Shown in pieces: positions 30,462 to 39,952 of a stretch of DNA of 64,000 nt. The stretch spans positions 96,001 through 160,000 of the forward strand of contig CAWGYD010000006.1 of NCBI GenBank assembly GCA_963826785.1, read 5' to 3'. The notes beneath the pieces were generated by a model that was not told where the DNA came from, searched no databases, and worked only from the letters and a program-made list of their open reading frames with translations. Made by a program: the position numbers and the translations under genes. Within the stretch, counting starts at the first letter, position 1. Each line of letters opens with the position of its first letter. This DNA is from an uncultured delta proteobacterium (GTDB taxonomy: Bacteria; Desulfobacterota; Desulfobacteria; Desulfobacterales; Desulfosalsimonadaceae).

Positions 30462-30570
30462 ATTTCGCCAAAGTACGTGCACGGACTGCGGGCCGCATTC
30501 CCCTTGAAGTGAATCAATTTTGTATTTTCAGAGCGTTGACAGGAAAAACCATTCCGGGAGATCATGACAG

Positions 30571-31953
30571 ATGACGGACGACCGACAGGACACACCCGCC
30601 CCCCCGTTTGCCAAAAAACTGCTGAAACGGCTGTGGGGGCTTCTTCCCATTGCGGCGCTGGTCGCAATCATCACGGTGCTTTCCATGATGATTGCGGCCA
30701 AAACAGACAAGCTCGATGCCCTGAAGAAGGGGATCGACACACTGGAGGCCATGGAACTGGCCATCGGCCAGGCCGATGGCGTGGTGTCCGTGGTCCAATC
30801 CGCAAAGGATCCAAACGACGCCGCCCAGAAGCTGGCCGAGAAGTTTTCACTTACCCCGGATCAGGCCAAAAGCATCCTGCACATGTCCATCGCTTCTTTG
30901 GCCGCATCTGAAAAGGCCCGGCTGGAAAAGCAGATCGCCTATATCAAGGGGCAGATCGCGGCCAACAAGCTCGACATCGAACCCGAGCGCCTGGATGTGA
31001 ACGTGGTGGCCCTTGCGCTTTCCCCCCGTGAACTCAGGGACCGGATCAACCTGCCCGGGGTGGTGGAACCCTGGGTGAAATACAATATCGTGGCCGAGGT
31101 CCGGGGGGAGGTCAGGGAAAAGCGGATTGAAAAAGGGACCCGGGTGAAGAAAGGGGATGTCATCGCGATACTGGATGACCGGGACCATGAAATTGCCCTG
31201 GAGGCGGCCAAAGCCTCCTATGACACCGCCCTGGCCTCGAAAAACCGGCTGGAAAAACTCTATGCCGAACAACTGGCCAGCCGCTCCCAGTTAGACGATA
31301 TCACCGCCCAGATGGAACAGTACAAGGCCCAGATGGACAGCGCCCTGCTCAACCTGGAGCGCTCCACCATCCGCAGCCCCATCGACGGGATCATCAACGA
31401 CCTGTTTGTGGAAAAAGGAGAGTACGTCAACGTGGCCGAACCCGTGGCCGAAGTCATCCGGATGGACAGGATCAAGGTCAGCGTGGGGATTCCCGAATCC
31501 GACGTGAGCGCGGTGGGCAGAGTGTCGGAATTTACGGTCGCCTTCGATGCCTTGAACGGCCGGGCGTATCCGGCAAAAAAGCACTTCCTGTCGCGCTCCA
31601 GCGATCCCAATGCCCGGCTCTACAAGCTGGAACTGGAAATCGACAATCCGGACAACGAGATCCTGCCGGACATGTTCGCCCGGGTGGATATCATCAAGAA
31701 GGAGGTGCCCGAAGCCATAACCATCCCCCTTTATTCCATCATCACCTTAAACGATGTCCAGACCGTATACGTGGTCAACGACAATTTCGCCCATGCCCGG
31801 CAGATCAAGACCGGGATCCAGGAAGGCTGGCGCATCCAGGTCACCGAAGGGCTCTCCCCCGGAGACCGGGTCATCGTGGTGGGACACCGCCGGGTCAGCG
31901 ACGGCCAGAAGGTCAATCTGATCCGCACGATCGACAGCATGACGGAATTGTAA
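30571..31953 (+). CDS. RND periplasmic adaptor (MFP) with N-terminal GyrA-like helical insertion
   Basis: TM anchor; GTRVKKGDVIAILD, alpha-hairpin, TIRSPIDG, LPDMFARV, GLSPGDRVIVVG; about 90 extra residues after the TM. Confidence 0.92.
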   Translation: MTDDRQDTPAPPFAKKLLKRLWGLLPIAALVAIITVLSMMIAAKTDKLDALKKGIDTLEAMELAIGQADGVVSVVQSAKDPNDAAQKLAEKFSLTPDQAKSILHMSIASLAASEKARLEKQIAYIKGQIAANKLDIEPERLDVNVVALALSPRELRDRINLPGVVEPWVKYNIVAEVRGEVREKRIEKGTRVKKGDVIAILDDRDHEIALEAAKASYDTALASKNRLEKLYAEQLASRSQLDDITAQMEQYKAQMDSALLNLERSTIRSPIDGIINDLFVEKGEYVNVAEPVAEVIRMDRIKVSVGIPESDVSAVGRVSEFTVAFDALNGRAYPAKKHFLSRSSDPNARLYKLELEIDNPDNEILPDMFARVDIIKKEVPEAITIPLYSIITLNDVQTVYVVNDNFAHARQIKTGIQEGWRIQVTEGLSPGDRVIVVGHRRVSDGQKVNLIRTIDSMTEL

Positions 31954-31971
31954 CATGCAGGAGTCTTTGAT

Positions 31972-34900
31972 TTGATTATTTCCGATACCGCCGTTAAAAA
32001 CCGGGTCAGCGTGGTCATCCTGTCCCTGATCATCCTGGTGCTGGGGATCTACTGCTACAGCGCCATCCCCCGGGAGGACGAACCCGATATCACCATCCCC
32101 TATGTGTTCGTGTCCACGCCGTACAAGGGGGTGGCCGCCTCGGACATCGAGACCGCCGTCACCATTCCCATCGAAAAAAAGCTCAAAGGGCTCGAAAACG
32201 TCAAGAACATCAAATCGGTGAGTTCCGAGGGCATCTCCAACATCAACATCGAGTTTATTCCCGGCACCAACATCGATGACGTCCTGCAGAAGGTCCGGGA
32301 CAAGGTGGATGAAGCCAAACGGGACCTGCCCACCGACCTGGAGAACGACCCCATGATCTATGAGGTCAATCTCTCGGAACTGCCCATCGTGGTCTATTCC
32401 CTTTCCGGAACCGCGGGGATGATTGCGCTCAAACGGATCGCCGACGACCTGGAAGAGGACATCGAGTCGATTCCCGGGGTGCTGGAAGTCGATATCACCG
32501 GCGGTCAGGAACGGGAAATCATCATCGAAGTGGACCCGGACAAGATGGCCTACTACCGGATTCCCATCACCACCTTCCAGCAGGTGGTGGCATCTGAAAA
32601 CACCAACACCTCCGGCGGCGCCATCACCCTGGGCCACGGCCGGTATCAGCTGCGGGTGCCGGGCGAGTTTACCACCCCGGATGAAATTTACGGGCTGGTG
32701 GTGGGAAGCTTCAACGGAAGGCCGGTCTACCTGAAGGACATGGCCAAGGTGGTGGACGGGTTCAAGGATGAAGACAGCCGCTCACGTTTGGACGGAAGGG
32801 ATGCGGTCAACATCGCCGTGAAGAAGCGCGCGGGGGAGAACATCATCCAGATCGTGGACGCGGTGGACCGGCTCATTAATGATCAGAAGGGCGCCTGGCC
32901 CCGGGGTACGGAAATCATCAAGCTGATGAACAAGGCCAAGGGCATCCGCCTGATGCTGGCCGACCTGGAAAACAACATCCTTTCCGGGCTGCTGCTGGTG
33001 GTGGTGGTGCTCCTGTTCGCCCTGGGATTCCGCAATGCCACTATGGTGGGACTGGCCATCCCGTTTTCCATGCTGCTTTCCTTCATGATCATCTATGCCA
33101 TGGGGATCACCTTGAACATCGTGGTCCTCTTTTCCCTCACCCTGGCACTGGGCATGCTGGTGGACAACGCCATCGTGATCATCGAAAACATCTACCGGTA
33201 CATGGAGCAGGGCGTTCCCCGCAGGGAAGCCACCATGCGGGCCACCTCCGAAGTCGCCTATCCGGTGATCGGCTCCACCCTGACCACACTGGCGGCGTTC
33301 GCCCCCATGATCTTCTGGCCGGGGATCATGGGCGAATTCATGAAATTTCTGCCCATCACCCTGATCATCACCCTCACCTCCAGCCTGTTCGTGGCCCTGG
33401 TGATCAACCCCGCCCTGGCTTCTTATTTCATGAAGGTCAAAACACCCGCCGACCGGCCGGCGATAAGCGCGGAAGAGATCGAGGCCGTGGGAGAAAAGCC
33501 CATTGCCATACAGGGCGTTATCCTGAGGATGTACCGGCGCTTTCTGGAATATGCCCTGGATCACCGGCTGTCGGTGGTGGCGGCATCCTTTCTGCTCCTG
33601 GTCATCCTCATGCAGGTCTGGAAACTGACCATCGGCCTGGAAAAGCCGGTGGAATTCTTCCCCAGCCTGGATCCCAAGAGCGCCTATGTGAACGTGGACC
33701 CTCCGGAAGGGGCGGACCTGGACTACATGGACCATGTGATCCGGGAGATTGAAATCGCGGTCAACCACCCGGATTTGCCCCCGGGGCTCTCATTTGCGGA
33801 AAAATACCGGCAGGCCTATGTTCCGCGACAGCATACCCGGATGTCCGGCGAAACATTTGAAGGGCCGTCGGACATTTCCAATATCGAACACATCTATGCC
33901 ACGGCCAAAAAGAAGGCCGGCAGCTCCCTTTTTTCCGAATATTCGGATAACCGTCTGGGCATCCAGTTTTTAGATTACGAGGACCGCAAAACCCCGTCGG
34001 CCAAAGACATCGAAATCATCCGGCAGCGGGTGGCCGAAATTCCCGGGGCCCGGATCACCGTGGCCGAGGAGAAGGGGGGGCCGCCCACGGGCGCGCCCAT
34101 CAACATTGAAATCGCCGGCGAGGATGTCCGCCTGCTGGGGGAAATCGCGGCCCAGGTGAGAAGCATCGTCGCCAAAATTCCCCACGTAGTGGATGTAAAA
34201 GACGATTACATGGATGCCCTCCCCTCGGTGCAGATCGATATCGACCGCCAGAAGGCGGCCCTGTTCGGGCTGTCCACCAACCTGATCGGGTTTGCATTAA
34301 AAACCGCTTATAACGGCCTGGATGTGTCCACCTACCGGGAGGGCGGTGACGACTATGACATCACCGTCAAATTCACCGAGGATGACCGCAGGGTCACGGA
34401 TGTGCTCCGGAAGCTGATGATCCCCACCCCGGTGGGGCAGCTGGTGCCCCTGACCACGCTGGCCAGCATCAAGTACGCAGGCAGCATCGGCGACATCAAC
34501 CGCATCAACCATGAACGGGTGGTGACGGTCAAGGCCGACGTGGACGAATCCAAGGTCCCCGGATCGGTGGCCAAAAACCAGGCGGAAGCGCTGCTGGCCG
34601 ATTTCGTGCTTCCCCCCGGGTATGCCATCTCCTTTACCGGACAGAACGAGCATGAGAAGGAATCGAGCGAATTTCTCACCAAGACCTTTGTCATCGCCAT
34701 ATTCTTGATTTTTTTGATACTGGTCACCATTTTCAATTCCGTGGGCCAACCCCTGATCATCATGACCTCGGTGATCCTCTCCCTGGGCGGCGTCTACCTG
34801 GGCCTGACCGTCATGCGGTATCCCTTCGGCATCATCATGTCCGGGGTGGGGGTGATCTCACTGGCCGGGGTGGTGGTGAACAACGCCATCGTTTTAATCG

Positions 34901-35259
34901 ATTATATCAACAAGCTGCGAGACCGGGGCATGGGTCTGCGCGACGCCATCATCTCCGGCGGCGCCACCCGGCTGCGGCCGGTGATGCTCACCGCCATCAC
35001 CACCATTTTAGGCCTGGTCCCCATGGTCACCGGCATTTCCATCAACTTCAGGGCGCTGTCCATTTCCCTGGTCAGCGAAACCTCCCAGTACTGGAAATCC
35101 ATGTCCGTGGTGGTCATTTTCGGCCTGCTCATGGCCACCCTGCTGACCCTGGTGGTGGTCCCCACCCTCTATTCCCTGTTTGCCACGGCCCCGGACTGGT
35201 TTTCTCTCCAGTACACCCGAATCAAAAAATGGTACTGGAAACCTTTTTCGACCCTGTAG
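31972..35259 (+). CDS. RND efflux transporter permease (AcrB/MdtC family)
   Basis: IPREDEPDITIP, GMLVDNAIVIIEN, VVVNNAIVLID, TRLRPVMLT, LVVVPTLY. Confidence 0.95.
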   Translation: MIISDTAVKNRVSVVILSLIILVLGIYCYSAIPREDEPDITIPYVFVSTPYKGVAASDIETAVTIPIEKKLKGLENVKNIKSVSSEGISNINIEFIPGTNIDDVLQKVRDKVDEAKRDLPTDLENDPMIYEVNLSELPIVVYSLSGTAGMIALKRIADDLEEDIESIPGVLEVDITGGQEREIIIEVDPDKMAYYRIPITTFQQVVASENTNTSGGAITLGHGRYQLRVPGEFTTPDEIYGLVVGSFNGRPVYLKDMAKVVDGFKDEDSRSRLDGRDAVNIAVKKRAGENIIQIVDAVDRLINDQKGAWPRGTEIIKLMNKAKGIRLMLADLENNILSGLLLVVVVLLFALGFRNATMVGLAIPFSMLLSFMIIYAMGITLNIVVLFSLTLALGMLVDNAIVIIENIYRYMEQGVPRREATMRATSEVAYPVIGSTLTTLAAFAPMIFWPGIMGEFMKFLPITLIITLTSSLFVALVINPALASYFMKVKTPADRPAISAEEIEAVGEKPIAIQGVILRMYRRFLEYALDHRLSVVAASFLLLVILMQVWKLTIGLEKPVEFFPSLDPKSAYVNVDPPEGADLDYMDHVIREIEIAVNHPDLPPGLSFAEKYRQAYVPRQHTRMSGETFEGPSDISNIEHIYATAKKKAGSSLFSEYSDNRLGIQFLDYEDRKTPSAKDIEIIRQRVAEIPGARITVAEEKGGPPTGAPINIEIAGEDVRLLGEIAAQVRSIVAKIPHVVDVKDDYMDALPSVQIDIDRQKAALFGLSTNLIGFALKTAYNGLDVSTYREGGDDYDITVKFTEDDRRVTDVLRKLMIPTPVGQLVPLTTLASIKYAGSIGDINRINHERVVTVKADVDESKVPGSVAKNQAEALLADFVLPPGYAISFTGQNEHEKESSEFLTKTFVIAIFLIFLILVTIFNSVGQPLIIMTSVILSLGGVYLGLTVMRYPFGIIMSGVGVISLAGVVVNNAIVLIDYINKLRDRGMGLRDAIISGGATRLRPVMLTAITTILGLVPMVTGISINFRALSISLVSETSQYWKSMSVVVIFGLLMATLLTLVVVPTLYSLFATAPDWFSLQYTRIKKWYWKPFSTL

Positions 35260-35286
35260 CCGTTCGGGTATGGTGAGATCAGATTG

Positions 35287-35329
35287 GAAATCGTGCGCTT
35301 AAACGGCACACGTGCTCGTGCACGATTTC
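35287..35329. terminator. Hairpin downstream of the RND operon
   Basis: gaaatcgtgc ... gcacgatttc perfect 10-bp inverted repeat. Confidence 0.45.
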
Positions 35330-35592
35330 AGAAAAATTGAGCGCCTGTCGCACGATTACACGGCGCACTTTTGCAGCCGACTGTTTCTCCGTATTTGCAA
35401 GTCCGCAGAAACCTTCCAATTTGCAATTGAATTTTCCTGTTTTTGTCTTGTATAGTGTATTGTGAAAATTCGTTCACGTGCATAACCACATGTACCTTTA
35501 CGTGCACGTCAAACCAGGGACCTGAATGCGCTAATCGTGATGCCTCTCTTAGAAATGACATATCGGCCGGGATTCTTTATGGGTAAGGCGCC

Positions 35593-38500
35593 ATGAAATA
35601 CCAGAAACTCCTGTATTTCATGCAAAACGTGGGAAAAGACCCCTCGGCGCTGATGTTCGAGGATTACCTGACCGGCCTGAACAACCGCCGGTTCCTGCTG
35701 CATCACATGAAACACAACATCAACTGGGAGACCTTAAACGAAACCCCGGTTTCCCTGCTGATGATGGATATCGATTTTTTCAAGCGGATCAATGAGCAGT
35801 ACGGCCATGGCGTGGGCGACCAGGCCCTGATCCATATCACCGGCCTCATCAAGGAGGTGGCCAAAAACAAGGGGATTCCGGTGTTGTATGCCGGGGACCA
35901 GTTCATCATTCTCTGCCCCAACTGCGCCAAGAAGGACTCCCTGGCCATGGGCGCGGAGCTTGTGCGCAAGGTCAATGAGCATCTTTTTTTCTCCGCTGAA
36001 GCCGGCACCGCCATCCCCGTTACCCTGAGCATCGGCATCGCCACTGCCCCGGACGATGCCGGCAGCGGCCGGGACCTCATCGGCCAGGCCGCCAATGCCT
36101 TGAACCACGCCAAGGAATTCGGCCGCAACCGCCATGTGGACGCCGGCATGGTGAGCCGCCAGGCCCTGCAATACCTGGAAAGCGCCGGCATCGTCGGCCG
36201 CAAACGCCAGTTCGAGCAGGTCGGCGCCGTACTGAAGCAATTCAGTGAGGGCCAGAACCCATTTTTGATCATCGACGGCGCTCCCGGCATGGGAAAAACG
36301 AGTTTCCTGGACACCCTCCAGCGGAACCTTGAAAAATCCAAAGCCAGCCCCGTCCGGGTGGCCGGGGTGCACCAGGAATCATTTCGGCCATATTACCTGA
36401 TATCCTACATCATCATCGAGCTGATGAACCGGCGGGAGGACAAGGGCACCGGCATCTTAAGGGCCCTGGACGAAAATGAGATCGACCGCCTGGCCCATAT
36501 CATCCCCCAGATCGAGGATTCCGAGGTGCCCATGCCCGAAGATGATCCGGCGCACCGGGATGAAATCTTCAAATCGTTTATCCATTTCTTCGCATCGCTT
36601 ACGGGGGATGCCCCCCTGATCCTGCTGATCGACGACCTGCATTACGTCGACCCGGCCTCGCTTCACCTCATGCGGGTGATCATGCGGGAAAAATCGATCC
36701 GCCTGTTTGTCTGCGCCACCGCCGCCGAGGAAAAGGAGACCCGTCCCGAAGCCATTCCCCTGGAGCTCTTCCGCACGGCATACGGCAGCGAACTGCGCAT
36801 CAGGCAAATCCGGCTGACGCCCCTGTCCGGAGACGACATCACCAAATACATGACCATCACGTTTCCGGGCATCGAGGTACCCCCGCGGCTGACCCGCGAA
36901 CTGCTGGAGATCTCGAGGGGAAACCCGCTGTTTGTCATGGAAATCCTGCGGCGGATGATCAATGACCGGAAGATCGTCCAGTCCGATCACCAGTGGAAAA
37001 TCACCCGCCTGGAACGGCGCTACTTTCCCCGTTCCCTGGAAGACATCATCCAGAATAAACTCGATGCGCTGGATATCGAGAGCAAACGTTTCCTGGAATG
37101 TGCCGCCGCCTTCGGGGAATCGATTTCACTTTCCATGCTCACCGGCAATTACAATGAAAAATCCTCCCGTATTCATGATTTCTTAAATCAGGGGGTCAGC
37201 CAGGGGATCGTTCGGTCCGATTTTACGGATAATGATGAAAATATCCGGTTTTTGAGCAAACGCATCCGGGAGATCATCTACGACGGCATCCATACGGACC
37301 AGCGCAAGAATCTCCATGAAGAGATCGGCGCCTATCACGAAAAACTCTACAAGCAGCACCTGCTGCCTTCCGCCTCATTTCTGGCCTATCATTTCGCCCA
37401 TTCCCCCAACACGGAAAAAGCCAAGACCTACGACCAGCTCCAGAGCGAACTCAACCGCCGGGTATTCAACCACAAGGAAATCGACAAGTATGTGAAGGAA
37501 GCGGCGGGAGACGATGCTGCGGGTGTGGAAGAGATCGGCGACGAAGCGGTCAGCGAGGAAACCCGGGGCGTGGTGCCGATCATGCTGCGGTCTTTGATCG
37601 TGGCCGTACGAAACATCCGGCTTTACCCGGCGGACAGCAAATCGGTCACCAGCGCCGTGGATCAACTGGAGCAGCAGATCAACCAGATACTTGCCGATGT
37701 GGACCGGTTTTCCATCATAGAGGAAAAAGGGCACCTCTTGATCAACCAGGAAGAGATCGACACCGGCAATTTCAAATCCATCGCCGAAAAGATCATCGGC
37801 CTGTGGGATCAACTGCAGCTCAAGAGCCTCACTTTCATCAGGGGCGTCACTGCCGAAGAATTGCGCAAGGTGCTCGACCGCATCAGCCGGCTGGAGGTCA
37901 AATCCATGACCCCGGATTTCTGGCAGATGGCGATGCGCGAGCTTGGCCTGTCGCATGTCGTTCCCCGCCAGGTGAAATACACCAAGGTTTCCGGGGAGGC
38001 TTCGACTCCCGGAGATCCGGCAGCGGTGGAACTGCCGGATGAAGCCGAGGAACTCTACAGTCTAAGCGAAAAACCCATCGACGACAAACAGCTCAACCAG
38101 ATCCAGCGGGTGATCGCCAGCATACTGGGGGCGCACACCAAATTGAAACTCTACCCTGACAGCGGCCCGGTGGCCAAAAATGCCGTTCAGCAGGTCGTCT
38201 TTGATCTGAAGCAGTATCTCGCCCGGCGCCAGGCCTTGACCATTTCAAGGGTGGATAATACCCTGCTCATCAACGGCGTCAAGGTCGACACCTCCCGGTT
38301 TGAAACCCTGGCCGCCGGTCTGCACAAATTTCTGCGGGATGCGCGCCTGTACAGCATCACTTTTTTAAAAACCGTCACCCCCAAGGAACTCATTGCATTT
38401 TTTCCCGCCTCCACTCAACCGCCGGACGATGCGCTCACTTCCGGGTACTGGCAGAAATTCGCCCAGGATCGCAAGATCACGGGGATTCTGTTCAACCGGC

Positions 38501-39747
38501 GGGTCTATGATGTCATGGATGCCCTGCCGGGAAGCGCGGACAATGAAGCGGCGGAACCGGCCGTGGGGCAGAAAAAAGGAAGCGTCAAAGAGATGGATGA
38601 AAAATCGCTGCCCGAAAGACTCCGGGAACTGTTCCTGACCGGCCAGTTCAAAATGGCCAAAACCATCCTGGACCGGCTGGTGACGGAATACCAGAAAGCG
38701 GATGCCGCGGGTCGAAAGAAACAGATCGCCCTGTTTAAAACCATCGTGCACCCGAAAAAATGGCGGCCGACCGCTGCATACCTGAAGTTTTACCTCTCCC
38801 CGGTCATGGCGATTTTTGATCTGGAGAAAACCCCGGAACACATCCGCCAGATCGCCGTACTGCTCCAGGAGAGTGCCGTTAATTTCATCGTATTCGGAGA
38901 ATACGCACTGGCATCCTGGGTGTATGGGGCGCTTCAGGAGAAATCGGGGAAGGACGCCGTCTTTACCCGATTCAAGCTGGAAGCAAAAGTCGCCGACGTC
39001 ATCGCCCATGACCTGAGGTCAGATGATGCCGCACGGCAGCAGGAAGCCTATCAGCTGTTGAGCAGCATGGATCAGACCGCAATGCCCATGCTCATGGATG
39101 TCATCCGGCAGGAGGAGAACGTCAGGGCAAGACGCCTGGCAGCGGATCTGCTGGCTAAAAACCGGGTGGGCGCCGAGGATCTGATGAAAAAAACATTGAT
39201 GAATGATCCCGATCCCCGGGCCCGCGCGCGCATCCTGGAGGTGATCGATACCGTCACCACCGATCTGAGCTCTGAACTCGCCTATGTCCTTTCGGACACC
39301 CGGGAATCAGTGCGCAGAGCGGCGCTGCTTCTGGCCGAACGCTTAAATTCGCCCCCTGTGATCGATCTGCTGATCCAGTTTACCCGCACCGAAGACACGG
39401 AACTGGCCGTATCCGCCATCAATTGTCTGGGCCGGTTGAAAGCATCGGCCGCAGTTCCCGAACTGACCCGCATCATTGAGACTTCGGATGTCAAAGAACG
39501 CCTGATCGCCGCATGCCGGGCCCTGAGCCAGATCGGCGACAGCTCGGGAGCCGCCGCCCTGAATCGGATTCTTTATCCCAAACGGCGGCTCTTCTTCCGG
39601 CCCAAATACGATACCGCCGTGCGTATCGCCGCCGCCTATGCCGTATCCCAGCTGCCCGATTCCCAATCGGACGCTTTGATAAAGGCTTTGTCCGAAGACC
39701 CCGATCCGCGGATCCGGGAAGCGGTAAAGAACGTGAAAAAAAGCTGA
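35593..39747 (+). CDS. Multidomain signalling protein: degenerate GGDEF + AAA/STAND-type ATPase + two repeated domains + HEAT repeats
   Basis: DYLTGLNNRR, MDIDFFKRINEQYGHGVGD, AGDQF; GAPGMGKT, LLIDDLH, GNPLF; two LYP..LLIN..ITF repeats; C-terminal HEAT-like repeats. Confidence 0.9.
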   Translation: MKYQKLLYFMQNVGKDPSALMFEDYLTGLNNRRFLLHHMKHNINWETLNETPVSLLMMDIDFFKRINEQYGHGVGDQALIHITGLIKEVAKNKGIPVLYAGDQFIILCPNCAKKDSLAMGAELVRKVNEHLFFSAEAGTAIPVTLSIGIATAPDDAGSGRDLIGQAANALNHAKEFGRNRHVDAGMVSRQALQYLESAGIVGRKRQFEQVGAVLKQFSEGQNPFLIIDGAPGMGKTSFLDTLQRNLEKSKASPVRVAGVHQESFRPYYLISYIIIELMNRREDKGTGILRALDENEIDRLAHIIPQIEDSEVPMPEDDPAHRDEIFKSFIHFFASLTGDAPLILLIDDLHYVDPASLHLMRVIMREKSIRLFVCATAAEEKETRPEAIPLELFRTAYGSELRIRQIRLTPLSGDDITKYMTITFPGIEVPPRLTRELLEISRGNPLFVMEILRRMINDRKIVQSDHQWKITRLERRYFPRSLEDIIQNKLDALDIESKRFLECAAAFGESISLSMLTGNYNEKSSRIHDFLNQGVSQGIVRSDFTDNDENIRFLSKRIREIIYDGIHTDQRKNLHEEIGAYHEKLYKQHLLPSASFLAYHFAHSPNTEKAKTYDQLQSELNRRVFNHKEIDKYVKEAAGDDAAGVEEIGDEAVSEETRGVVPIMLRSLIVAVRNIRLYPADSKSVTSAVDQLEQQINQILADVDRFSIIEEKGHLLINQEEIDTGNFKSIAEKIIGLWDQLQLKSLTFIRGVTAEELRKVLDRISRLEVKSMTPDFWQMAMRELGLSHVVPRQVKYTKVSGEASTPGDPAAVELPDEAEELYSLSEKPIDDKQLNQIQRVIASILGAHTKLKLYPDSGPVAKNAVQQVVFDLKQYLARRQALTISRVDNTLLINGVKVDTSRFETLAAGLHKFLRDARLYSITFLKTVTPKELIAFFPASTQPPDDALTSGYWQKFAQDRKITGILFNRRVYDVMDALPGSADNEAAEPAVGQKKGSVKEMDEKSLPERLRELFLTGQFKMAKTILDRLVTEYQKADAAGRKKQIALFKTIVHPKKWRPTAAYLKFYLSPVMAIFDLEKTPEHIRQIAVLLQESAVNFIVFGEYALASWVYGALQEKSGKDAVFTRFKLEAKVADVIAHDLRSDDAARQQEAYQLLSSMDQTAMPMLMDVIRQEENVRARRLAADLLAKNRVGAEDLMKKTLMNDPDPRARARILEVIDTVTTDLSSELAYVLSDTRESVRRAALLLAERLNSPPVIDLLIQFTRTEDTELAVSAINCLGRLKASAAVPELTRIIETSDVKERLIAACRALSQIGDSSGAAALNRILYPKRRLFFRPKYDTAVRIAAAYAVSQLPDSQSDALIKALSEDPDPRIREAVKNVKKS

Positions 39748-39952
39748 CCCGTTTCTCCCGCTTCGGCCCCTGTTCCTGCGCTTCATCTGTAAAAGAGCAA
39801 GCGCAGGATCTGAAAACTCAGGCGACTTCCCGCCGGCTTTTTTTATCACCCCCTGATTCTTCTTTCTCATATGCGCCCCTGTACAAACGCCCAAACTATG
39901 ACCATACTTGTAGTATGATGATAACGTGAATAAACTATCAAGGAGGTCGCCG

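Noticed and set aside
30571..31000. A broken gyrA/parC gene
   Set aside because: No catalytic-Tyr or other topoisomerase regions are visible nearby; the segment is in frame between a TM anchor and a complete MFP.
35460..35478. Rex or CRP binding site (TTGTGAA...TTCAC)
   Set aside because: Half-site spacing matches neither the Rex nor the CRP consensus.
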